DNA from: an uncultured delta proteobacterium
GTDB taxonomy: Bacteria; Desulfobacterota; Desulfobaccia; Desulfobaccales; 0-14-0-80-60-11
Direction of reading: 5' to 3'
DNA: 64,000 bases
Assembly (NCBI GenBank): GCA_963812015.1
Contig: CAWETI010000003.1
Coordinates: 800,001-864,000 of the forward strand
The position numbers and the translations under genes were made by a program. A model generated the notes under the pieces. The model saw nothing but the letters and a program-made list of their open reading frames with translations, was not told the DNA's origin and made no database searches. Shown in pieces: positions 30,558 through 40,880 of this stretch (position 1 is its first letter; each line of letters begins with the position of its first letter).

Positions 30558-31484
30558 ATGGCTGAGACAGATTACTATCAAATATTGGGAGTGAGCCGGG
30601 ATGCCACGGCCGACGATATCAAAAAGGCATATCGGAAACTGGCCATGAAGTACCATCCCGATAAAGCCAAGGGGGACAAGAAGCACGCCGAAGAGAAATT
30701 CAAGCAGATCAGCGAGGCTTACGCCGTGCTGAGTAATCCCGAGAAAAAGAAGGAATACGACGAATTCGGCTCCCAGGTCTTCAAAGACAAGTTCACCCAG
30801 GAAGACATCTTCCGGGGTTTCGATTTCAGCGATATCTTTACTGACGGCACCTCCGACAGTATCTTCAGCCGCATTTTTGGGGGGTTGGGGGGCGGCCATC
30901 CCAGGGGCCGGACCCGCATCTTTCGCCAAGGCGGGCCCGAAGGCTATCACGGCCAGGTCCAGGCCCCCAAGGGCCAGGATCTCCAGGTGGAAATGCCCAT
31001 CACCCTCCATGAGATGGCCTTTGGCACCGAGAAGCTGGTGAGCTTCAGCCACAACGGTCAGGTGGAAAAGATCTCGGTGAAGATCCCTCCCGGCACGGGG
31101 AAGAAGCTGCGCCTGACCGGCAAGGGCGGCCCCAGTCCCATGGGCGGCCCCCCCGGCGATCTCTTTGTCAAGCTGAAAGAGGTGGAACACCCGGTATTCA
31201 AACGGGAGGGGAACGATCTGTTGGTGGACCGGCGGATCAAGGTTACCGAAGCCACCCTGGGCACCAAGGTGACGGTCCCCACCCTGGACGGCAAAACCAT
31301 GAGCCTCAAGGTGCCGCCGGGCACCCAAAGCTACACCAAAATGCGCCTCAAAAACTACGGTCTCCCCGCGGCCAATGGCAAGAACCGGGGCGACCAGTTG
31401 GTCCGCATCATCGTGGAAACCCCCGCCAACCTTACCAAGAAGCAGAAAGCCCTCATGGAAGAACTGGCCAAAGAAGGGCTCTAA
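30558..31484 (+). CDS. DnaJ-class chaperone lacking the Zn finger (CbpA-like)
   Basis: J domain with HPD, G/F region, DnaJ C-terminal domain. Confidence 0.93.
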   Translation: MAETDYYQILGVSRDATADDIKKAYRKLAMKYHPDKAKGDKKHAEEKFKQISEAYAVLSNPEKKKEYDEFGSQVFKDKFTQEDIFRGFDFSDIFTDGTSDSIFSRIFGGLGGGHPRGRTRIFRQGGPEGYHGQVQAPKGQDLQVEMPITLHEMAFGTEKLVSFSHNGQVEKISVKIPPGTGKKLRLTGKGGPSPMGGPPGDLFVKLKEVEHPVFKREGNDLLVDRRIKVTEATLGTKVTVPTLDGKTMSLKVPPGTQSYTKMRLKNYGLPAANGKNRGDQLVRIIVETPANLTKKQKALMEELAKEGL

Positions 31485-31550
31485 TGCTATTTCCGGTTTT
31501 CAGTTTTCGGTAAAAATAAAGAGATTAAGCGTATACCCCCGGAGGTTGAC

Positions 31551-32741
31551 ATGCCCCTTGAACTGGCCCCGAAAATTTACTGGGTGGGCGCCATTGATTG
31601 GACCATCAGGGATTTCCACGGGTATCTCACCGAAGATGGCTCCACCTATAACGCCTATCTGATCGTCGACGATCACATCACCCTCATTGACACGGTCAAA
31701 AAGGAATTCGTGCCCGAGATGCTGGCCCGGGTGGCCGAGATCGTGGACCCGGAAAAGATCGATTATATCGTTTCCAACCACGTGGAGATGGACCATTCCG
31801 GGGGGTTGCCCGAGGTCATCCATCGGGTGAAACCGGACAAGCTCTTCTGCTCCCCCCGGGGTAAGGATGGCTTGAGCCGCCATTACAAACAGGACTGGCC
31901 CTTTGTCGAGGTCAAAACCGGCAGCGAGCTGGCCACGGGGCGATATAACCTGGCCTTCCTGGAGACCCCCATGCTCCACTGGCCGGACTCCATGATGACC
32001 TACCTCAAGGAGGAACAGATTCTCTTCTCCAGCGACGCCTTTGGGGCCCACCTGGCCTCCAGTGAGCATTTTGACGACGGGTTGCCCGACTGCCCGTGTG
32101 ATTACGTCCGCCAGCTGAAAAAGTACTACGCCAACATCCTCATGCCCTTCGGGAGCCTCATCACCCAGCTCTTCGCCAAGATCGCCCAACTGGGGCTGGA
32201 GTTCAGAATCATCGCCCCGGACCACGGCCTGATCTACCGGAAGAACCCGGGCTGGGTGCTGGAGGCGTATCAGAGGTGGGCCGCGGGCGCCGTGGAACGC
32301 AAAGCCCTGGTGATTTACGACACCATGTGGCACAGCACCGAACTGCTGGCGGAGGCCTTCATCGAGGGCCTGATGGACGCCGGCGTCGCGGCCCAGTTGC
32401 ACCACCTGCGCCGGACCCATTACAGCGACATCGTGCCCGAGGTGCTGGACGCGGGCCTGCTCCTGTTCGGCTCCCCCACCCTCAACAACCAGATGTTCCC
32501 CAGCATGGGGGAGTTTCTCACCTATCTGAAGGGCCTAGCGCCCAAAAACAAGGCGGCCGCGGCCTTCGGCTCCTTCGGCTGGAGCGGCCAGGCCGTGGGC
32601 CTGATCAACCAGGAACTCCAGGCCATGAAACTCAACGTGGTCCACGAAGGCTTCAAGGTCAAATATATCCCCGACCCCGAGGAACTGGCCGCGGCCCGGG
32701 CGTTGGGGGAGAAACTGGCGAGGGAGAATTTGAAAGGTTGA
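31551..32741 (+). CDS. fprA: Flavodiiron protein (FprA/rubredoxin:oxygen oxidoreductase)
   Basis: HVEMDH, HWPD, SSDAFG and PDHG motifs plus flavodoxin domain. Confidence 0.95.
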   Translation: MPLELAPKIYWVGAIDWTIRDFHGYLTEDGSTYNAYLIVDDHITLIDTVKKEFVPEMLARVAEIVDPEKIDYIVSNHVEMDHSGGLPEVIHRVKPDKLFCSPRGKDGLSRHYKQDWPFVEVKTGSELATGRYNLAFLETPMLHWPDSMMTYLKEEQILFSSDAFGAHLASSEHFDDGLPDCPCDYVRQLKKYYANILMPFGSLITQLFAKIAQLGLEFRIIAPDHGLIYRKNPGWVLEAYQRWAAGAVERKALVIYDTMWHSTELLAEAFIEGLMDAGVAAQLHHLRRTHYSDIVPEVLDAGLLLFGSPTLNNQMFPSMGEFLTYLKGLAPKNKAAAAFGSFGWSGQAVGLINQELQAMKLNVVHEGFKVKYIPDPEELAAARALGEKLARENLKG

Positions 32742-32778
32742 TCTTTCAATTTCTGTCTGAAAATTAGGTGGGGCAAAT

Positions 32779-33040
32779 TATGAAAGATAAAGTAACAAAA
32801 ATTCCCATCAGCGAGTACCAGCGTATTCGAAATATCCAGGGGGAATTTGCCGTTCCATGTGAAGTTTCGGAAAGATGGCTTTTATTCGGTCGCACTTCAT
32901 CTAGGTTGCGAGAAGGCGAAGTTATAAGTGTAGACATTATGACAATGACTGAGAACAACAAGCCGAAAAAACTATGTGGGCTCTTTATAACAAGAGAGAA
33001 TATTATAGAGGTGCTATCAAAGATTAAAGTAAAAGAATAA
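32779..33040 (+). CDS. Hypothetical AT-rich protein
   Basis: Open frame with likely ATG at 32779-32781 region; no family recognised. Confidence 0.5.
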
Positions 33041-33184
33041 ACTATATTGTGAAGAATACAACGTCTTCTGGTTCCCGATCTCCCGCTTTGGAATGATTTG
33101 GGTGCGAAGGCCTGCTTTGCTTAAAAATCCTTCCTGGGGTCCCGGGGCCTCTTCACCCACTCCCCTCATTGACGCACCCAAAAC

Positions 33185-33219
33185 GACGTCTTGACGTCTT
33201 AGCGTTAAGAGGTTAAAAT
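33185..33219 (+). promoter_or_regulatory. TA operon promoter with GACGTC operator repeats
   Basis: TTGACG-17-TAAAAT, 6 nt before the ATG; GACGTCTT occurs twice across the -35. Confidence 0.65.
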
Positions 33220-33225
33220 GCCGAC

Positions 33226-33459
33226 ATGAAAACCTCGCAGAAAAGAGCCACGATTTACTTCGATCCGGACCTTCACCGGGCTTTGCGGCTTAAGGCCGCG
33301 GAGACGGACCAGTCGGTTTCCGATCTGGTCAATAACGCGGTAAAGCTCAGTCTGGCTGAGGATGTGGAAGACCTGGCCGCCTTCGAGGCGCGGACGCACG
33401 AACCCAACCTGCCTTTTGAGGAAGTCCTGAAAGACCTGAGGCAGCGTGGCAAGATATAG
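33226..33459 (+). CDS. CopG/RHH antitoxin
   Basis: RATIYFDPDLHRALRLKAA; overlaps the toxin gene. Confidence 0.88.
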   Translation: MKTSQKRATIYFDPDLHRALRLKAAETDQSVSDLVNNAVKLSLAEDVEDLAAFEARTHEPNLPFEEVLKDLRQRGKI

Positions 33460-33706
33460 GCTGCTGATCAAGCCTTCGGCGGTCAAAGAAATCGAAGCCA
33501 TCCCGTTGAAGCGGGATCGTCAGCGGGTGGTTGAACGTATCGGCAAGCTTGCAGAGGACCCTCGTCCATTCGGAGGCGAGAAAATATCAGGGCAGGATAA
33601 GTACCGGGTGAGACAAGGACGTTACCGAATTCTCTATGCCATCGAAGATCAGGACCTGATCGTGCAGGTAGTCAAGGTTGGCCATCGGAAGGATGTCTAC
33701 CGATAA
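33446..33706 (+). CDS. RelE/ParE family toxin
   Basis: YRVRQGRYRILY...VVKVGHRKDVYR. Confidence 0.92.
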   Translation: MARYRLLIKPSAVKEIEAIPLKRDRQRVVERIGKLAEDPRPFGGEKISGQDKYRVRQGRYRILYAIEDQDLIVQVVKVGHRKDVYR

Positions 33707-33808
33707 GCCTTACAAGGGTAGCCGTTGGCCAGGCCGACCATTATCTCGTTTCCCAGTTCCCGCCAGGCTGCGCCTCGCGGCTCGCACCGAGGTGCGGAAG
33801 GAACCACG

Positions 33809-34300
33809 ATGACCCAGGAAAGCGCTCCCATGAGTCCAGCGATCAAATGCATCACCGGGCTGGTTCTGGCGATGACCGTGGTGATCCTCATTGCTGCGGT
33901 AAAAGTCTGCGCTCTGCTGTTGGGGGGTGGGGTGCTGGCGGCGGTCACCTTGTTTTGCTATCTTTATGCCCCCATTGCCTATGAGCTCACGGGCGATCAG
34001 TTGACGGTCCAGTTTCGGGTGGGCCAGAAGGTTTTCCCTGGGGTAACCCGGTGCGAAACCCTCACCGCCCGCCCCGCCATGGGGTTGCGGCTCTGGGGCA
34101 ATGGCGGGCTGTTTGCCGCCACGGGGATTTTTTGGAACAAGGCGTACGGGGTGTACCGGGCCTATGTGACGAGCGCCCGATATCAGGATTATGTCCTGGT
34201 GGAGACGCGGGCCCAAAAAATCCTGATCAGCCCGGAAAACCCCGAGGCCTTTGTTAACGCCTGGGTGTCATCCGCCCCTGCTGCGCCGGCGCCAGGCTGA
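33809..34300 (+). CDS. Bacterial PH-domain membrane protein
   Basis: RLWGNGGLF..TG.F and K.LISP.NPE.F motifs. Confidence 0.75.
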   Translation: MTQESAPMSPAIKCITGLVLAMTVVILIAAVKVCALLLGGGVLAAVTLFCYLYAPIAYELTGDQLTVQFRVGQKVFPGVTRCETLTARPAMGLRLWGNGGLFAATGIFWNKAYGVYRAYVTSARYQDYVLVETRAQKILISPENPEAFVNAWVSSAPAAPAPG

Positions 34301-34356
34301 CCGCGTGCCTGCTGTCTCCGAATTCCTGGCGGGGAACCGGCAAAACCAAGCCGAGT

Positions 34357-35016
34357 ATGACTGAATTGTGGCTCAACCTCCCTGAAGCCGCGGCGGACTT
34401 CCGCTATCTCCTGGCCCGGGGCTATCCCCGGAAGAACGCCCTGGCCCTGGTGGGGAACCGCTACGGCCTGGATGAAACCGGTCGCCGGCTCCTGCACCGG
34501 GGAGTTTTCGCCCCGGTGGTGGCGGGGGCTCGCCGGGCCAGACTGCGGCGGCTCCGGGACCTGCTGGGCCAAGCCCTGGCCCTAGACGGCCACAACGTCC
34601 TCATCACCCTGGAATGCGCCGCCCGCCACCTTCCCCTGGTGGCGGCAGACGACGGTTTTATCCGGGACGTGGGCGAGATTTCCCGGGCCTTTAAGGTCTC
34701 GGAGGCCACCGACCGGGCCCTCACCCTTCTGGCCGATTACCTGGCCGGGAACGGGGCCGGGGCCATCCAGGTCTTCTACGACGCCCCCCTGAGCTTAAGC
34801 GGCGAACTGGCCCGGCGCACCCGGGAGATCTTCGCCTCCCGGGGCCTGACGGTTAAGGCCGCGGCGGTGCCGGTGCCGGAGCGGGAGCTGGCGGCCTTGC
34901 CGGGGCCCATCGCCACCAGCGACACCGCGTTAATCGACGCCCATCCGGTGATCGTGGACCTGGCGGGAGAAATCATTACGCCGGAGTTAACCGGCGAGAT
35001 AATTCACCTACTTTAA
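34357..35016 (+). CDS. DUF434 domain protein
   Basis: LL.RGYP...AL.LVGNRY.L, DG.NVLIT.E and DGFIRD. Confidence 0.85.
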   Translation: MTELWLNLPEAAADFRYLLARGYPRKNALALVGNRYGLDETGRRLLHRGVFAPVVAGARRARLRRLRDLLGQALALDGHNVLITLECAARHLPLVAADDGFIRDVGEISRAFKVSEATDRALTLLADYLAGNGAGAIQVFYDAPLSLSGELARRTREIFASRGLTVKAAAVPVPERELAALPGPIATSDTALIDAHPVIVDLAGEIITPELTGEIIHLL

Positions 35017-35273
35017 GGTTTAACATAAGGGGTAAAGTTCTCATCGAGGGACCGGAATTCAGGAGGTGCATTTCGCCAAGTCCAGCCTGGGCTGGAGCAC
35101 CTATCTGAACGGCCTGCAGTTCGACCTGGATCAATGCAAAGGAGAAGTCCGGCAGGTCTGCGATTAGGCGCATTCTTGGCGAGCCTCCCGACCTTAACCG
35201 CAAAGATGTTTTCTGATAAACTAAGAACTTGTCAAACAGCGTTTTTTTGATATAAGATAACCCTATCAAGCAC

Positions 35274-35348
35274 GGGCGGTTAACTCAGCGGTAGAGTGCC
35301 ATCCTCACACGGTGGAAGTCACTGGTTCAAATCCAGTACCGCCTACCA
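35274..35348 (+). tRNA. tRNA-Val (CAC)
   Basis: GGGCGGTTAACTCAGCGGTAGAGT...CTCACAC...GGTTCAAATCC...CCA; 75 nt. Confidence 0.97.
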
Positions 35349-35354
35349 GCAAAT

Positions 35355-36500
35355 TCAAGGGGTTACGGACTTTAATCGTAACCCCGTTTCCTTTTTGGTG
35401 CCTAAATGGTGCCCAACCGCTCCAAAAACCGCATTTTCCAGCCGGCAGGCAGCTTGGGGGTTCTGATCTTTCATTAGGTGGGCATAGACATTAAGGGTCA
35501 CCGTGGGGCTGGAATGTCCAAGCTGGCTTTGGATATATTTGATATTCTCGCCTTGCTCAAACAAGAGGCTCGCAAAGGTGTGGCGGAGATCGTGGAATCT
35601 GATCCGGGGCAAGTCCGCCGCTTTGAGGGCTGGAAGGAAATGACGTTGAACCATGTTGCTGCAGTTCATCGGCCTCCCGGCCTCATTCGGAAAAATCAGG
35701 TCCAGGTCGTTGGCGGTACAGGCAATCCGCCATTTTTTTAGCTCCCGGATAACGGTCGGAGCCAGGTCGATCTTACGCCGTGAACCCTTGGTCTTGGGGG
35801 TAAAGAACCTGCCTTTGTTGAAAGTTCGCTGAATGTAAACCTGCTTGATCTCCCAGTCGAGGTCTCCCCACTTCAAGCCCACAAGCTCCCCCTGCCGCGC
35901 CCCGGTCATAATCGCCGTCAAGAAAAAGGTATGATACTTCTGATCCTGGACCTGCTCCAACAAGGCCGTGATCTGGCCAGGAGTGAGGATGGCGAACTTA
36001 TTCTCTTCTTCATGCCCGTTGGCCTGCTCCCTGGGTCTCTCCGCTTCCCTCAAAGGATTGTGGTCGATGTATTTGTGCCGGACCGCATAACTCAATATCT
36101 GACCAAGGCTTACCAGGATTTTGCGAAGAGTACCGATGTTCATTCCCTGGACCTGCCTGCCGGTGATGAGTTTCTCCAACGTGGCGATGGTGATCCGGTT
36201 GATCTTGAGATCGTTGAGTTCATTGAAATGATTCCTGACATGACCATCATAGACCTCCCAGGTCGTCTCCCGAAGATTGAGCCTCTTATGCTCGACCCAC
36301 TCGCGGGCCACCTCTGCAAATTTGGGAACCTCCTTGGCCGGGAGAAAAGTTCCCTTGGATACCATTTCCTCGCAGGCACGAAGCTGATCTTTAGCCTGGG
36401 CCTTCGTTGCACCACTCGGCATGAGATGCCTCTGCCTTTGGCCATACTGGTCATAGAAATCCAGAAAATACCGGTCACCGCGTTTCCTTACTGTTCCCAT
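35355..36500 (-). CDS. Tyrosine integrase abutting the tRNA-Val 3' end
   Basis: TGARQGEL, HDLRHT and LGHS...T...YAH catalytic residues intact. Confidence 0.95.
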   Translation of the reverse strand: MGTVRKRGDRYFLDFYDQYGQRQRHLMPSGATKAQAKDQLRACEEMVSKGTFLPAKEVPKFAEVAREWVEHKRLNLRETTWEVYDGHVRNHFNELNDLKINRITIATLEKLITGRQVQGMNIGTLRKILVSLGQILSYAVRHKYIDHNPLREAERPREQANGHEEENKFAILTPGQITALLEQVQDQKYHTFFLTAIMTGARQGELVGLKWGDLDWEIKQVYIQRTFNKGRFFTPKTKGSRRKIDLAPTVIRELKKWRIACTANDLDLIFPNEAGRPMNCSNMVQRHFLPALKAADLPRIRFHDLRHTFASLLFEQGENIKYIQSQLGHSSPTVTLNVYAHLMKDQNPQAACRLENAVFGAVGHHLGTKKETGLRLKSVTP

Positions 36501-36701
36501 TTAGCCAACCTCCTTATCCTGCTTCGTAATTGTTAACCGATGCTCCAGGCCCTCTAAAGCCAAGGGTAGAAGGAAGGGTATCTTCCTGGTTCCCGTCTCC
36601 CACCTGGCAATGGTCACCTGGTAGGTGCCCAGCATCTTGGCCAGGTCCACTTGGGTAATCGACCATCTCTTCCGCCACATTTTTAAATCACTTCCGGTCA
36701 T
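36501..36701 (-). CDS. HTH-XRE regulator / excisionase-like protein
   Basis: ITQVDLAKMLG...TIARWETG; TTGACA...TATTAT promoter with an internal palindrome just upstream. Confidence 0.85.
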   Translation of the reverse strand: MTGSDLKMWRKRWSITQVDLAKMLGTYQVTIARWETGTRKIPFLLPLALEGLEHRLTITKQDKEVG

Positions 36702-37107
36702 GATTTTAATAATATTACCATTGGTTATATAATGTCAAGAAAAAAATTAGGGATTAATCCCTATCGATCGTTGCGAATAGGATGGTACCCCCCCCCGCTA
36801 AAGTCGCTAATCTCGCTAATTTTTCGGCCGCTTGGAGGCTTCCCCGGGGGTCATGGTGGGGGCTGGCCTATAGGCCGGGGGGGGTCTATGGTGCCCCCTT
36901 ATCGCCTCTCCTTGCGCTTCTCATGCGGCCGTTTTGGGTGGGGGGCCTAACCATCAGCGAAACCCGAGAGGGGGGTAACCCCCAGCTAGGGGGGAGAAGT
37001 CCTCGTGGCGGGAAGAAAAAGGCAACTTAAGTTGGTGTTTTTGAGAAAATAAACGGGGGCTATGACCTACTTTTTCTTGTCGCCGCTAAAAATGCTTCTC
37101 AGGTAAT

Positions 37108-37925
37108 CCCTGTAGCCGTCCACCACCTGCTCCTATGGTGCGCCGGCAACCTCGTCGCGGCGCCGACACGGTCACCCCAGCCCCCTCCCCTCGGCTCCCC
37201 CCGGTCCCCCCGGGTTCACCACCACCGCCACCGTCGCCCCACCCCTGGTCCACCATGCCTATCATCCCTCAATCGCTCACCAGGCAGCCCCCAGGCCCAC
37301 CCCAAGGCCCACCAGTTTTCGGCCCCAGAAGGCAATGTCGGGGACCAAAACCTTACCCCCCCTGTCATTTAAAGGGTGGTACGGAGATTTTTTCAAAAAT
37401 ATAGCTGCTTAATGGTGTTAAGTACGGGTGCAGGTGATCAGGTCGATTTCGTGAGGTTGTGTTGGAGAATTTTTTTCTATCTGCGATGATCCACCATGTG
37501 ATGGCCCCCCCCTTTTATGGGACCCATGCCAAGATATTTTTAACCGATTTTCAGCCGGACGCGCTCCTGGCCATCCCGAAGCACGTCTCCAGGATGCCAT
37601 TACAAATGCGTCTGGGCATTGGTGAGGCATGATTTGGGGTGGATCAAGGGGGGAAAGGAGGAGAGGTAAGCGGTGAGCGTGCCCCCGGCGGGCAGGTTTG
37701 GCCAGGAGCAGAGGCAAGAAACACCGTGCAGATTTCTTCCCGCCTGCTGCTTCCGGTGTCAGCACCTTCCAGTCCTGCGCCCCTGCCCTTGGTCTGAGTC
37801 AAAAACCGGAACACCTCGGGACAACCCTCCCCCCCGAAGTCAAGTGATCTCCAATCCCCTTTGCAAGGGTTCAAATATACGAACCATAACGATAAATTAG
37901 CGAAGGGGCGAATAATGGCAAGTTA
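37108..37925 (-). repeat. ~830-bp GC-rich module copy 2
   Basis: Reverse-complement homolog of 25182-26027. Confidence 0.9.
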
Positions 37926-37930
37926 TGCGG

Positions 37931-38016
37931 CGGTCCCACCTTCATGGGGAATCACGCATAGGAGACTTGTTTGGATTCTCATCGGACCCGCTCCATCTTG
38001 ACTTTGCCCATAGGAG
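37931..38016 (+). mobile_element. Transposase-less mini-element copy 2 (IS110-like right end)
   Basis: CGGTCCCACC...CACGCATAGGAG...GGATTCTC...CTTGACTTTGCCCATAGGAG. Confidence 0.55.
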
Positions 38017-38110
38017 ATAGCCGCGATTGCAAAAATATCGTCCAATATATACTGCTCCCCTTGGCGCTGAGACATGAAGCTAAGCGAGCATAATGTCTCA
38101 GGGGGTAAGG

Positions 38111-38996
38111 ATGAAACGCCGTAAGATTGATCCGGAGACCAAGGTAGTGGCGGTCCTGGAAGGGCCCAGAGGCGAGAGCTCCATTGGAGATATCTGCCAC
38201 AAATACCAGATCAGCGAGAGTCTGTACTATCGCTGGCGGGACAAGTTCTTGGCCGGCGGAAGCCAGGCCTTGAGTTCCCGGAATGGTTCGGGTCCCCAGG
38301 CTGCCGTGAAGGCCAGGATTTCTCAGTTGGAAAGGATTACCGGGAAGCAAATCGTCCAGATCAAGATTTTAAAAAAAATTTCTCAGTAAGGCCGGGAGTA
38401 GTCTCCTTGCCGGCTGGCTGAAGGACTCCGGTTATCCCGTCACCGCGCTTTGTACCACCTTGGGATGGCATCGAGCCACCTTTTATCGGCGGGCCCAGGC
38501 GGGGCAGGGGTCCGGCTCCCCAGCCCTCAAATTGCTGGGGAGCCGAGACCCCGTGGGTGATACCAAGATTTTAGCAAGCATCAAAGAGATCAAACAGGGC
38601 CATCCGTTTTGGGGCTATCGCCGGGTTCGGGCCCGGCTGAAATATCGGGAAGGTCTGCCGGTGGGGTACAAAAAAGTCTATCGGCTGATGAAAGAAAACG
38701 CACTTCTGGTGCCACAGAAAAGATACCGGGTTAACCGTCAGCCGACGTGCCGCAAGCCTCAAGCCAACTGGCCGAACCAGTTCTGGGGCATAGATATGAC
38801 CAAGTTTATCGTTCCGGGTCTGGGCTGGGTCTGCCTAGTAGTAGTCCTGGATTGGTTCAGCCGGAAGGTGGCAGACTGGCAGTTGTCCTTGAGATGCAGA
38901 ACCCAAGAGTGGCGAGAAGCCCTGGAAGGAGCCGAGTTACAGGAATTTCCCTACGGATTGTGGGAGAAGGGACTGAAGCTGAGAAGATTTGAATAA
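38111..38996 (+). pseudogene. IS3-family transposase orfA/orfB, truncated
   Basis: OrfA HTH (ICHKYQISESLYYRWRD), A8 slippery site at 38371, OrfB WGYRRV and WGIDMT; integrase core truncated. Confidence 0.85.
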
Positions 38997-39101
38997 TGCG
39001 GCTTGATACGACACAAAATGGCCTTTAAAATATATCGACTTTTGGGGAGCATTACAAATGCCATCTCCCAATCAGCCCGCATAGCGAAATTTTTTTGGTG
39101 C

Positions 39102-39140
39102 GTGATCAAAATGATCATATCAAAATGGTCATTCCGTTTA
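39102..39140. promoter_or_regulatory. Operator-like site copy 1
   Basis: TGATCAAAATGATCATATCAAAATGGTCATTCCG, near-identical to 44358-44396. Confidence 0.6.
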
Positions 39141-39845
39141 TTGCGAAATTAGGGATTTCCTAATTTATGTAATTTTGGTAACTGCTAAATTATTAAGCAA
39201 TAATTCAGGAATTTTCCGTTCGAGCCGAGGAACTTTGCTCAAGGCAATCCAAAATCGAACCGGACGATGACCAATTTCGCCAAGGACGGCCCATTGGTCC
39301 CAATCAGTGAGAAAAGGAAAATGATGAAAAGGATGATTTGGGCCGCAATGGCTAAGGGTGCCGCATAATATGCCATATAATAATTATAGCAACTGAAAAG
39401 GAGGACAGCATGGAGTAGGAAAGGGTATCTCCGGAATTAGCCAAAGTAATTATAAGAACAGTGATAGACACCGTTTAATAAGTAAAAGAACAAAGAAGGC
39501 AGGGCAACCATGGACTCTTGGCTATTAATACACGCATTTTGGGGACCTGTAAGGGATCTGATAACCTTTCATTCTCTCCTGATTAAGGGAATTATTGGAG
39601 GAACGCTGTTTTTTTGGGTTCTTAATAAAGCATAGCATCCCAACCTGTTTCAGACCATAGCGCTTCCTACTCATCTCCCTGCTCCTTTGGTCCACCACTC
39701 CAACATAAATTGTAGGTCACAGTTTTCGGGGGGCAGGTCACTATAACTCGGGAAATACCAGGAATCAAAAAACTTCCTATATCCAGACCATATCTTCAAT
39801 TTTCCTCACTCTAACGATAAGTCCCATTCGTGGCAAGTTATTTAA

Positions 39846-39946
39846 CGGTCCCAACTTGGCTGGGTAACCACGAATATGAAATTGGCTTGGATTCTCAATG
39901 AAAACGGATACTGGACCTCTTTTCAACTTGACTTTGCACATAGGAG
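39846..39946 (+). mobile_element. Transposase-less mini-element copy 3 (IS110-like right end)
   Basis: CGGTCCCA...CCACGAATA...GGATTCTC...CTTGACTTTGCACATAGGAG. Confidence 0.55.
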
Positions 39947-40119
39947 TTGGTTGCCTTTCTTAATATCCTGAGTAAATTTCCCCGCGTCCAGCCGTGCGCC
40001 GTGGCAAAGGCGCCTTTTGATGGGAGAGATGGAATATCAAGGCCTATTATGGTATAATAAAATTAAAGTCCCCCCAGGACCAAGCGCAGTAGTAGGGATT
40101 CTCTATCGGAGGGAATCAG

Positions 40120-40806
40120 ATGCGGCGAATACCCCAATACAAGGAATCTTTGAAAATTGTGCGGTCCGCCCTCGAGGCGGAGACCCGTGACGTTGTCCAG
40201 GTATCAAACCGCCTCAACGAAAATTTAGTGGAAGCCGACAGAAAAATTTGGCGACAGACTCTGTTCATTTGGGCTGTGGTCATCCTTTCAACCATTTTAT
40301 ATTTCTTATTTCTCCATAATACGATAACAACCACAAGTAAGAAGGAACAAATAGCTCCGCAAACTCTTAGCTCACCTCAGGTTATAACAAGCCCGTCACA
40401 ATCTTCCCTACCCCGTTCAGAGAATCAACCTTTGGCTCCACCAATTCCCGAAAAGGAAGATTTACTCAAGTTGATCAATCAAATTCGAGAGGCCCAATCA
40501 AAGAAAGATATCCGTTTGTTTATAGATGCTTATTCTCCCACCTTCCCCAATTTAGCCAAAAAAAGAAGGCTAACTTTAAATATTTGGCAGAGGTATGATT
40601 ATATTGAGTCTGAATTCCAGATTAACGACATCAAGCTAGAAAATACCTCTTTGATCTTTGGAAGAATCGATTGGAATATCAAAGCTCGAGATCGAAAGAC
40701 TCGTGTAATTAAAATATTTTCAAAATCTTACGATGTTAATTTTTCTAAACAATCGGGAAAATGGTTGATCCAAGGATTAGAGCCGGTTAAGGTCAATAAA
40801 GAATAA
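40120..40806 (+). CDS. Single-TM protein with Pro/Ser linker and NTF2-like C-terminal domain
   Basis: TM helix, then A..KKDI..F..AYS..F and F.K..GKW.I pattern. Confidence 0.7.
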   Translation: MRRIPQYKESLKIVRSALEAETRDVVQVSNRLNENLVEADRKIWRQTLFIWAVVILSTILYFLFLHNTITTTSKKEQIAPQTLSSPQVITSPSQSSLPRSENQPLAPPIPEKEDLLKLINQIREAQSKKDIRLFIDAYSPTFPNLAKKRRLTLNIWQRYDYIESEFQINDIKLENTSLIFGRIDWNIKARDRKTRVIKIFSKSYDVNFSKQSGKWLIQGLEPVKVNKE

Positions 40807-40880
40807 TATAATTCATCATATTGGCGCCGAGCAAGAGTCAAAAATTGCGTTATGGTTTATCATAACAAATTTATGGTGAT

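Noticed and set aside
33707..33800. Integron attC site after the RelE toxin
   Set aside because: No convincing RYYYAAC...GTTRRRY pair or paired L boxes, and no integron integrase.
37868..37877. GGTTCAAAT as attR of the tRNA-Val element
   Set aside because: Only 9 nt match; it also occurs at 44351 and does not continue into the tRNA 3' sequence.
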